DNA of 60,041 nt, filler included, from Hausera hauseri (lineage: Eukaryota): the NCBI GenBank assembly GCA_046269625.1. It is 10 parts of 10 records of this genome, joined end to end, with 100 filler letters (N's around TTAATTAATTAA, not from the genome) between each part and the next. Parts side by side here need not be neighbours in the genome. Positions count along the whole stretch, not along the records: positions 50,400 to 55,488 come from JBJURY010340158.1; positions 55,589 to 60,041 come from JBJURY010573783.1; 8 more parts are not named here. One strand, given 5' to 3'. Positions within the stretch are counted from its first letter, which is position 1. Each line of letters starts with the position of its first letter. Below, one piece after another: positions 51,326-60,041 of this stretch. The notes beneath the pieces are model-generated. The model saw only the letters and a list, made by a program, of their open reading frames with translations, was not told the DNA's origin and did no database searches. A program made the translations under genes and the position numbers.

Positions 51326-51429
51326 ACATACCCATTATGCCTTGTCTAGGAGTGTTCGACTGAGTCACAGTTGGCATATCAATTAATCTTTCTCTTTCTC
51401 CGGACCTTGTTAGGCTGGTCATCAGACTG

Positions 51430-51820
51430 GTCAACCATCCACCTCTACACTGAACCCAATTTCCTAACGTATCTGTCAAGATCTTTACGGCTGTTTTTAT
51501 ATTTCTGTCAATTTCCTCTAAGTTCTGAGTTTGATGATTGATTACTATTATTTTGTATAAAAGATAGGATATAGCAGTTTGCGCTTTCTCTCTTGTAATT
51601 CCCGTTGCAAACAACTTTCCAAAATATCTAATTCGTGTAATTCGTTTACTCGTTCCTCATCGAGATTCTCATAGAATTGCCTACTAATCCGTAACATATT
51701 ATTACGAAAGATTTGGAATAGCTCATCGGGGATTATTACTTGCATGTCAAAGGAGACGAATGATGTATGTAATTTAGCTAGTAAGGTTCTTAATAAAGTA
51801 TTTATGTCCACAGATTCAGG
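51430..51820 (-). pseudogene. Bcl-2-family-like domain (one frameshift near 51615)
   Basis: BH3-like MLRISRQF (51674-51697), BH1-like LFATGITREKAQTAISY (from 51614), BH2-like LGNWVQCRGGW (51435-51467), in canonical order. Confidence 0.62.
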
Positions 51821-51904
51821 TGTAACGTTTGTTCCTGCTAATAATAAACGCCTTGCTATTTCTTCATTTCTGTCTTTCTTGTTATGAATATCACTTATCT
51901 TCGT

Positions 51905-52270
51905 TCCTTTTGGTCTACCTCTTCTTTTAGCTTCTGTTTGGACCGTAACGTCTTGCGTATCATTTACGGGAGGTCCTTCTACTTCCTGCGGGTCCATTTC
52001 CCTTAGGATATTATCCATCGTTGCCTGTGCTCTCGCCTCTGGATGTATCTCGGTTATAACTATTGGATTATAGTTTTCGCTTTTGCATCCAATTCTTAGT
52101 AATCTATCATAGCTGTAAAGTGTCCTTCCGTAATAATTTAATCCATAAGAGCTCCTTTGGTAGAATGGTTCCAATTCTTCTATCTTTTCTCATAAAGCTT
52201 GTATATCGTCTATTTCATTCATTCGGATAACTCTCATATCTTGATTTCCTTCTCTTACTGTTATCCTGAT
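51905..52270 (-). pseudogene. Ubiquitin-like domain (52055-52270) and AT-hook KRRGRPKG (51905-51928)
   Basis: IRITVREGNQDMRVIRMNEIDDIQAL*EKIEELEPFYQRSSYGLNYYGRTLYSYDRLLRIG..PIVI has ubiquitin beta-grasp spacing. Confidence 0.65.
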
Positions 52271-52999
52271 AGCTTAATTTCTTCCTTTCTCATCTTCGGC
52301 AGCTCTGGCAAATACTGTCCTGTCTATTTCTCTTATAGGACAGGGCTAGTAATACCAATTGAGGTAAAATTTCGTTCATCCTTTCTACTGTTACTTTATT
52401 AGCAATTACCTTCAGTATCGTAGTAGCAGTTTCGTCTACATTGTTTATATTATTGGGGTCGACAGTCATTACTGCTTGAATAACATCGTCTTCCTCGTCT
52501 AGATCTACACCTGGATTCTTTATTAATTGTTCTAATATAGCTTCATCAAATCTTGGTGTGGTTTGAGTTTCGTCTTGATCAAATGAGGGTGTACTGACGT
52601 TACTTTTCTTTCGTCCTCTTTTCTTTTCCTTTCCTACCTCTTCCCTCTGTTGATGTTTCTCTTAATCCAACATCTATGTCAATTATTTTCTTATTACCTT
52701 TCTTTCTTCCTTGACGGGATACTTTTTTCTCTGGCTAATCACTTACCATATAAATACTGTTTTCTTTTAGTCTTTTTTGTTGTGTTGTTTAGTATTTCAG
52801 TTCCATTTCTAACTGTTTCTTCATGCGTTGGGATAGTGTATCGTTTATATAATTAACACTTTCTTTCTTCTTGTCTTTTTTCTAAGTTTCGTGTTCACTT
52901 ACGCTATCCTCTGTACCGTATTCTTTATAGGACGATTCATCTGACGTGGCTGATATGTAATCTTTCTTCTGTTGTTTATTCTTATTACTTGATTTCGAG

Positions 53000-53880
53000 G
53001 GATCTCCTCTACGTGATCTACATGATTTTGCTATATGTCCTTATTTATTACAGTTAAAACGTTTCAATCTTCCTTCGGAGTCTATGTTGAGTAACGCTCT
53101 TCCATCCTTTTTGGATTTCTTTTTATAACTTGTCTTTTCTACGTCTTACTCAGCTTCTGTGGCCGACGTTTGTGACGGGCTTCTATTCTTTTAGTATCGT
53201 TGATACTTTTGTGTACCATTGTTTCTTCTTCCATAGTAGTTAATATTGCTACTTTTTGGACTTATTCCACATATATAGTTCCGCATCTTGTTCGGCTTTT
53301 CGTGCCTTCCTTATTGCTTCTTGAAATGTAGGAAGGTCTGCTTGAGAGATTATTGTCCTCAACCTTGCTTCCAATTCATACTGGAATTGGACTAACAAGG
53401 CATCAATTCTTATTGTAACGTCGGGGTATGCTGTAGTCGCTAGCTTTTCCAATGCACGGACAAAGTCGTGAACTGTTTCGTCTTTACATTGCCTCGTTCT
53501 TATAAACTCTTCAATTCTCCCCTTTCCAAGGGATCTATTAAAAACTTCTAAGGCAGTTTTTCTTTAACTCTTTTCCAGTCCTACTTATCGTCGTCTGGCA
53601 TTTGAAAACATATCATGAGAGCCGTTCCTTTTAGTTGGAGGGGTAATCTCTGTACTCTTTGTTTATTATTTCATCTAAAACTTCTGATTTGTAATTCGTA
53701 TTCCATCATAAAGTCGTGTATATCTTCTTTCCCAGAGAATTTCTTCATTGGTAAGATGAAATCAGCCTTCGACTGAATCACCTGTACTACATTATGGTTT
53801 GCCATTGGTTCTTCTTCACTTAGGTTTCGTAAATATTCTAATCCGTAAGGCTTGTTTTCCTCTGGTTGATATATCGTTCC
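53000..53880 (-). pseudogene. gag: Gag of copy B
   Basis: KFSGKEDIHDF, LPLQLKGTA, RQCKDETVHDFVRALEKLA..AYP, (C)FNCNK*GHIAKSC at ~53018-53060. Confidence 0.85.
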
Positions 53881-53932
53881 TTTTCTTGTCGTAATCTTGA
53901 TAGTTCTTATAATCTAAAAGTCTATCAAGAGT

Positions 53933-53952
53933 GATTCCGGATCGCGGCACCA
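53933..53952 (-). promoter_or_regulatory. Primer-binding site, probably tRNA-His
   Basis: Minus strand TGGTGCCGCGATCCGGAATC, 3 nt after ...GAACA; resembles the complement of the tRNA-His 3' end (..GAATCCGAGTCACGGCA-CCA, from memory). Confidence 0.7.
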
Positions 53953-53955
53953 ATT

Positions 53956-54538
53956 TGTTCAATCCTCACTAATTACGTCGGGAGAGACTTAAATTATTGG
54001 TTAATTAATGGGAAGAACAAATTTACTTTACTTATTGTTTATTTGATATGCAATGAAACTAAGGCATCTTACCTATCTGTATGATCAGTGATATGTAGGG
54101 AATACTCGTTAATTAACCTTTACTTTCCTACTGGTTAATATATTATTATTATTTAAGTTTATACGGGCCGTCGTCAGGTAGTTTGACCTGGTCGATGAAT
54201 GAGCCAATTTAGTGAGACGTTTACTCAATTAATATGTTTACTTTTGACAAAGATTAAAAATAAAACCTCTGTTAAATCAAGAATAAAGGTATATTTATTA
54301 AGATATCACAAACGTACAATAAAATTAACAATCAACCGTGTACATATAAAATGAATACTAAAGTGAGGTCATAATGGCGATAGCACAAAATGAATAAACC
54401 AAAAATCACTACTGGTCGTGCAAAATATCACTGTTTATATACTCATGAATTCAAAGATTATGTGCATAAATTAGGAAACATCACATCAATAACCGTTATA
54501 GGTGTACATAAATATGTGTATAAAACATAACTATAACA
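53956..54538 (-). repeat. LTR of copy B (distal end tentative)
   Basis: TGTT at 53956 abuts the PBS; candidate AACA end at 54535-54538. Confidence 0.55.
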
Positions 54539-54852
54539 TGAAACATTAGTATGAATGGGAAGAAAAATCTGTGACATTTACGTAAATGAAAAATCATTAT
54601 TTTCTGTTCAGTTAATCACTAAACTATGTTTTTCGGTGTGCGATGGAATTTCAATGTTTTCGATGATATTTGCGATGACATTTCATTTTACAGAATCGAC
54701 TGCGGTTCAAAGAAATTGACCCGAATTTATCATTGATCTATAGGTAGGGGCATATGGATGAATTTGCCCGTTGTCCTTGATTTGTAACGAATTGATTCGG
54801 GTTTGTAAACTTCATAATCCAATATTATAGTTTCGTTTAATTCTACTTTTCT

Positions 54853-55385
54853 CTATCGGGCACATTGTGATGTGGTTGGTGCTGTTTGCACCCGATTTTG
54901 AGTTATGAGTTCATCTGTCCATTTCACTTGTTTGTATATAGATTGGTAACAATGTACTGAGGCAGTGCTGCGAACGGAAAAAGCCTTTGTATCATAAAAT
55001 TTTCGTGTTAGTTCTTTGTATGTACCAGTCGACAACTGATACTTGCGGATCACCTCCTCGTGATATAGAATATCACGAACTCCGGCTAACCGCATGATTG
55101 GACATTTTAAATGGTTTACGACCATTTTGATCACGTCGGCTCCGATCAGCACTTTATCTATAAGTATTTCTTTGACCTTTTGATAGAAATCTAGTAGGTC
55201 CATCTGCTTGTTGATATTTGTTTCTGTGAGGCCCGTTATGTGCGTATCAAAGTTTTTGATACGCTGTCTAGGTGTTATTATTCCGTACCGCAAATTATCT
55301 CTATGCGAGGTCATAATCGATGCTTCAATAAGTTGGAGCTAGTTCCACTGGTCATAGGCCAAACTTACGCCGGCTATGACCATGT
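54853..55385 (-). pseudogene. Second DEDDh exonuclease-like ORF lacking catalytic residues
   Basis: IEASI..IITPRQRIKNFDTHITGLT...KVKEILIDKVLIG..LAGVRDI..SIYKQVKW; parallels 33974-34663 (IAGLREI, EIYIMLKW). Confidence 0.65.
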
Positions 55386-55588
55386 CTTTATCTGTTATTT
55401 TGTCGATTCTTCTAAAGGATATATTCTTGTATTTAATGTAATCGGGCTTTGGGAGTTTAAAACAATTTCCTTCTGAGAGGCTGGGGTGNNNNNNNNNNNN
55501 NNNNNNNNNNNNNNNNNNNNNNNNNNNNNNNNTTAATTAATTAANNNNNNNNNNNNNNNNNNNNNNNNNNNNNNNNNNNNNNNNNNNN

Positions 55589-55744
55589 CAAAAAAGTAGG
55601 AGACAAGACAATTTACAGAATCGAAAGCATTATAAGCGAAAGACGAATGCCTCGCGGTAAAGAAAATTAGTCAAATGGTTCGGTTATAATTCATCATTCA
55701 ACAGTTGGATTTTAGACAAAGAAGTAACTAGATATAAAGACTAG
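55589..55744 (+). pseudogene. Chromodomain at the C-terminus of Polinton integrase
   Basis: YRIESIISERR..LVKWFGYNSSFNSWI across a frameshift. Confidence 0.75.
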
Positions 55745-55746
55745 CC

Positions 55747-55995
55747 ATGGCCGAAGAAGCCGCTCCCGTCGATGGAAGAATAGAAAGAAGAGCCGTTACA
55801 TATTGGTTTGGTCAACTTGTTCCTCGTGTCGAAGTCGTATTTATTTCGCAACTGTTGGCAATATATACCGTCATAGGTGTGTCTCTTTTCAATCTGACTA
55901 CAAGCAACGAACAAGAAAACAAGTTGTGGATAGTTTTACTGTGTAGTTCTCTCGGTTATCTTTTACCAAACCCAAAGACAAGATCGCAACAATAA
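55747..55995 (+). CDS. Small two-TM Polinton membrane protein
   Basis: FISQLLAIYTVIGVSLFNLT..LWIVLLCSSLGYLLPNP; stop overlaps the next start (TAATG). Confidence 0.7.
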   Translation: MAEEAAPVDGRIERRAVTYWFGQLVPRVEVVFISQLLAIYTVIGVSLFNLTTSNEQENKLWIVLLCSSLGYLLPNPKTRSQQ

Positions 55996-56725
55996 TGAGC
56001 TTTTATGTGACATTACCGAGCAACGCGTCCATGTCGACTTTTCCAGATAACGAAGCCGATCATTTTTTCGTTAAACTTCCACAAACGATAGATTTGAATT
56101 CACAATACGAAGTAGGACTGGCCGAAATTGAATTCCCAAACAGTTAATTTAATGTTATAGAAGACGATAAATTACCTTCCACATAAGAACAGTAACAAGC
56201 CAGCATTTAAAATTACGCTGAGTCCCGGTCACTACAATTCTCACGAGGCTCTTTTTGACAAATTAAACAGACTGTTTCTATTACCGGTAACGACCCGGCA
56301 CCATTGAACCTCCATTACCGAAAAGCCCAGAAAACTATTTTACTCGAACGTTTTGAGTCTGGTGCAGAAATTATTATTAGCGAAAATTTGAAAAATATTC
56401 TGGGTTTGCCAAAAACCCACATAACGGCCAATGACCCCCTTCTACTGGGTAAAGTGCAGATGAACCTGAACAGTGATATACGAAATGTTTATGTGTACTG
56501 CGACTTAGTGGCCACCAGACTGGTGGGAGATATTATGGTCCCTTTGTTGCATACATTGGACAGGAATTTGACATCTGTATTTCGAAGTTACGATAAGCCT
56601 CACTACTTACCTTTAAACAGGTTTTCTTTCGATACGGTAGAAGTGCTTTTAACCAACGATCAAGGTAAACGTATTTCATGACGAGTGGGACGTCGGTGCT
56701 GACACTACATTTTCGAACCAAGTGA
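55995..56725 (+). pseudogene. Polinton minor capsid (penton) protein
   Basis: FYVTLPSNAS..FPDN..F.VKLP..L..YEVGL.EI; YVYCDLV..VGD..PLL; YLPL..F..VEV.L; LTLHFR end; internal stops. Confidence 0.85.
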
Positions 56726-56747
56726 AATTTCGATTTACAATAAAAGA

Positions 56748-57176
56748 ATGGTTCGTCACACCCCTTTACACCGAAATGCCAAAATGTACGAAGATTTTTA
56801 ATGCACTTAAGCCGGACACGGAATGCCCGTTTTTGTCAGAGGAAGAAGTCAAAGAGGAAGAGGGATAGGTAGTTTCTTTAGCGGTTTAGGTCGTATGGTC
56901 CTCCCATGGCTAAAGACTGGAGGGAAAGCTTTAATCCGCGAAGGCGTTGGTATGGGCTTGCAAGTCGCCCAGGATGCTTTAGCGGGTAGAAATGTAGGAG
57001 AATCCTTTAGAGACAGAGCCAAACATGCCGGACAGAGACTGCTGCAAGGAGCGGTGAATCATATGACCACCAACCAATCGGGTAGTGGCCGTAAACGACA
57101 AGCCCCACCCGGCGAAACGTTTTGGATAAAATCGCGTGTGAACCACAGAAGTGCTCATAATTCAAAGAAGATGTAA
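56748..57176 (+). pseudogene. Polinton PZ-like core/membrane-lytic protein
   Basis: (Q)AGHG, QRGRGIGSFFSGLGRMVLP, QSGSG: repeated xxGxG adenain-type cleavage sites and an amphipathic helix; two stops near the 5' end. Confidence 0.75.
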
Positions 57177-57202
57177 AAGCGTTCAGACATATTTGGATAG
57201 CC

Positions 57203-58438
57203 ATGTCACTCATTCATCCCAGTTCTTGCGAATGTCTTCATTCTGGACTGGATTTATTCAGCGTACCCCCGACACAAACAGCTGTAGAAGAAGGACAATT
57301 TGTAGAGATACATCCACAAGTATCACTGGCCCCTGGGGCACCTATAGAATTTGTAATATTCGGATCAGGGGAGGACTATCTAGATTTGTTCAATACATTT
57401 TTTCACGTGAGAGCCAAAGTAACTCTAGCGAACGGCAACAACCTACCCCACAACGCCGACGTGGCCCCCATAAATAATTATTTGCCTTCTTTATTTTCTC
57501 AAGTGGACACTTTGATTACACCCAGTGAAAACACATACGCTATGAAATCTTATTTGGAAGTGTGTCTTAATTTTGATCACGAAGCTAAAAGCAGTCATTT
57601 AACAGCCTTGTTGTATTATGCAGACACACCTGGCTTTTCCGAGGTCAGTGCCGGCGATCTTAATCTTGGACTGAAAAAGTGCAGAGAATTAGCAAAAGGC
57701 AGCCGAGAACTGGATATGATGGGAAAACTCCATTCCGACATTTTCACTCAAGACCGTTACATCATAAATGGAGTAGATGTCAAAATCAAGTTAACACCGT
57801 CCAAGGATTCGTTCAACCTAATGGCCAAGGAACCAGGATATAAGTCCATTATAAGTGAAGTCTTGGTCGTTCATAAAGCCAAACTCAATCCCACCATCGT
57901 CTTAGCACACGAAAAAGCGCTGAATGGTGCCAATGAAAAATATCCAATTAAAAGGGTTAACATGAAGACACTCGCGATTCCGAGAGGCATGCTGTTGCAT
58001 ACACAAGACAATCTTTTTCTCAGCCAATCACCAACGCGCATTGTGATTGGTCTTCTCGGCGCCACTGCTTTTAACGGAGTATACAACAAACCTTTCAATT
58101 TCGAAAACAACAATTTTACATATTTAAATATTACTGCCCATGGCAGAATCATCATAGGAAAACCAATAGTCACCGATTTCGAAAACGATCATTACGTCAG
58201 AGCATTTTTCAACACGAATCTGGCTTTAGGATTCGTCGGTAAAGACGTCGGTAATAATGTAGAATACAAAAGTTTCAAGTACGGATACTGTTTATTCGCG
58301 TTTGACCTGACCCCTAGTTTAATTGACTGTGACCAGTTTGAAATGGCCAAAGCGGGACCAATTTCTTTAGAGTTTAAATTTTCCTCAGCCCTGACGGAAC
58401 CGCTGCAGGTAGTCGTGTATGCAGACTACGTTTCGTAA
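57203..58438 (+). CDS. Polinton double-jelly-roll major capsid protein (small deletions, C-terminus probably clipped)
   Basis: EC..S.LDLFSVPPTQTAVE.G, PIEF.I.G.GEDYLDL, PINN..SLFSQVD, GKLHSDIF.QD..IINGV, GYCLFAFDLTP. Confidence 0.9.
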   Translation: MSLIHPSSCECLHSGLDLFSVPPTQTAVEEGQFVEIHPQVSLAPGAPIEFVIFGSGEDYLDLFNTFFHVRAKVTLANGNNLPHNADVAPINNYLPSLFSQVDTLITPSENTYAMKSYLEVCLNFDHEAKSSHLTALLYYADTPGFSEVSAGDLNLGLKKCRELAKGSRELDMMGKLHSDIFTQDRYIINGVDVKIKLTPSKDSFNLMAKEPGYKSIISEVLVVHKAKLNPTIVLAHEKALNGANEKYPIKRVNMKTLAIPRGMLLHTQDNLFLSQSPTRIVIGLLGATAFNGVYNKPFNFENNNFTYLNITAHGRIIIGKPIVTDFENDHYVRAFFNTNLALGFVGKDVGNNVEYKSFKYGYCLFAFDLTPSLIDCDQFEMAKAGPISLEFKFSSALTEPLQVVVYADYVS

Positions 58439-58440
58439 AA

Positions 58441-58887
58441 ATGAACACCCAACAAATTCAAACAATTTTACAATCTGACATTTTCGCCCGGCGCATTACT
58501 CTGATAGTGGTGGCACGTGACATGTTACCTACATTCATCAGACCAAACGAACCGGCGGCTTTTGTCGTAAACACTGATCCCAGCGATAAACCCAGTTCAC
58601 ATTGGGTAAGCCTTTATTACGACAGGCTCGGTACATTTCATTATTTCAACTCGTTTGGTTTGCCTCCCTTACACTCAGACATTTTGAATTTTATTAAACG
58701 AAATTCTAATATGCCTTACGTATACAACGCCAAGATTTTACAGGATGTGTTGAGTAATACTTGTGGGCTGTATGCCATTTATTTCATACTTATTAAAACC
58801 AGAGGCGGACCTATGAATCCACACAAGCTGGATCAACACCTTTATCTTTGTATGTCCAGTCAACGTCAAATAAACATTTACATATAA
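58441..58887 (+). CDS. Adenain-like cysteine protease
   Basis: VVNTDPSDKPSSHWV (His), YFNSFG, LQ..SNTCGLY (Gln/Cys). Confidence 0.88.
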   Translation: MNTQQIQTILQSDIFARRITLIVVARDMLPTFIRPNEPAAFVVNTDPSDKPSSHWVSLYYDRLGTFHYFNSFGLPPLHSDILNFIKRNSNMPYVYNAKILQDVLSNTCGLYAIYFILIKTRGGPMNPHKLDQHLYLCMSSQRQINIYI

Positions 58888-59442
58888 AGAAGAAGGAGAG
58901 GAGTGCGAAGAAACCAAAACTTGAACAATAATCAAAATTGTGAATTTATTGTCCTTGCTTGTTTCAAAATAAAAAAATAATGTAAATAAAAGCTTTTCAT
59001 TTCTTGTATTTTTAGTGTGTGTGTTTGTGTTTGTATGTATAAAATTATTCAACACAGGTATCTACCACAAAAAGACAGCCAACTGAAGAAATTCCGGCAC
59101 AGTTCTACCTTGTAATCGGCCTTGTTTCTTTCTTAAATTGACAACAAGGGAAAATATCTTTGATGTCCTGTCTTTGAATTTCCAACACGGAACATTAGTG
59201 ACGACCTTTAAATTGATAACATAAATTTACACTACGGAAAAATATCCGGGCACAGTTTTACACAATATAATTTCTAAACACTTAATATTCAAAAAAATAT
59301 GTCTTCATCTTACAAAATTAAAATCGCCTACAGTGTTATTGCAACTTGTCTAAAAATACCCTTTCCTAAAATACCACAGCCTTTTGTCTGATGCAACTGC
59401 ACGGAGGGATCCGTATCAAACAATCACACGAAAGGCCGCTAG

Positions 59443-59660
59443 CGCGGCTATTGTGTGGGAAAAAATTCAATTAATGCCACCAGTCCCTCGGCTAGTGTAT
59501 GGGGAGAAATCAATTACCGTCACGGATCCCGCGGCTATTGTCTGGGGAAATGTCAAAGCACGACTGACCGCTTGGGTGGCTACAGTGCAGAGAAAATTCA
59601 GTTCACAGCGTTGGTCGCGCGGCTATTGTCTGGGGGAATCATCAAAGCGTGATGCGATAA
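59443..59660 (+). repeat. Five ~44-bp-period repeats, core CGCGGCTATTGTCTGGGGAAA
   Basis: Unit starts at 59443, 59487, 59530, 59575, 59618. Confidence 0.8.
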
Positions 59661-59719
59661 GCGGGTCACGTACACCTGTGTTTAATTAAAATACCGGCGA
59701 TAACCAAGTGGGGTTGTGT

Positions 59720-59810
59720 GTGTATATAAACTGGGCCTTTTTGCGTTCCAATCTTCGGGACTTAGTGTTCAGTTATTTCGCCGTACAGCTGGCATATTTA
59801 AAAGTAAGTA
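59720..59810 (+). promoter_or_regulatory. Putative Pol II core promoter and first splice donor
   Basis: TATATAAA ~59724, TCAGTT Inr-like ~59769, GTAAGT ~59804 followed by AT-rich intron-like DNA. Confidence 0.4.
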
Positions 59811-60041
59811 CTTGTTTATTAAAGTTTTGTTTAAAATTGCTTCAAATAGTATTTATTTATGAGTAGTAAAGAAGACGCAAAACGGAAGTGTTTTTAATTT
59901 TAAATATACTATGGTTTGGAAAAAAAAAGATTAAAATATAACATTTTAAATAGGATATTTTAAGTTCTGGTTAGTAAAAAAATACAATGCACAAAACAAG
60001 GCGTGATTTTGTAATATTCTGAAAAAATTATTTTTAATGAA

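Larger units (their letters stand above)
50400..54538 (-). mobile_element. Large Gypsy-like LTR retroelement, copy B (LTR-PBS-gag-Ubl-AT-hook-Bcl-2-like-env), decayed
   Basis: Same domain order as copy A with a shorter insert and a different PBS. Confidence 0.88.
55589..58887 (+). mobile_element. Polinton/Maverick (adintovirus-like) virion gene module
   Basis: Ordered integrase chromodomain, small TM ORF, penton, PZ, major capsid, cysteine protease. Confidence 0.92.

Noticed and set aside
59443-59660. CRISPR array
   Set aside because: Eukaryotic context, degenerate repeats, short and partly related spacers, no cas genes.

Overview
AT-rich metazoan (probably invertebrate) repeat-rich DNA, not prokaryotic. 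The window is about 10 unrelated contigs joined by artificial 100-bp linkers (N44-TTAATTAATTAA-N44), so adjacency across linkers means nothing. It is dominated by decayed mobile elements. (1) Several copies of a large Ty3/Gypsy-like LTR element with an unusual layout: LTR-PBS-gag(CA, CCHC)-long insert (ubiquitin-like domain, AT-hook, Bcl-2-like domain)-signal peptide-chuvirus-G/gB-like (class III) envelope-TM-aspartic protease-pol, i.e. env sits between gag and pro-pol. Other contigs show integrase followed in frame by a second signal-peptide/Cys-rich/TM protein and a catalytically dead DEDDh exonuclease-like ORF. (2) Polinton/Maverick (adintovirus-like) pieces: three pPolB copies, RING ORFs and a virion module (integrase chromodomain, small TM ORF, penton, PZ, major capsid, adenain protease). 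(3) A conventional Gypsy family, a hAT transposase, LINE fragments and a ~105-bp satellite. (4) Intronless decayed host-gene copies (PI4KA, histidine acid phosphatase, class C GPCR fragment) and a ~275-bp fragment that looks like vertebrate ZFHX4. All family assignments come from motif recognition by eye and recalled sequences; no database search was run.
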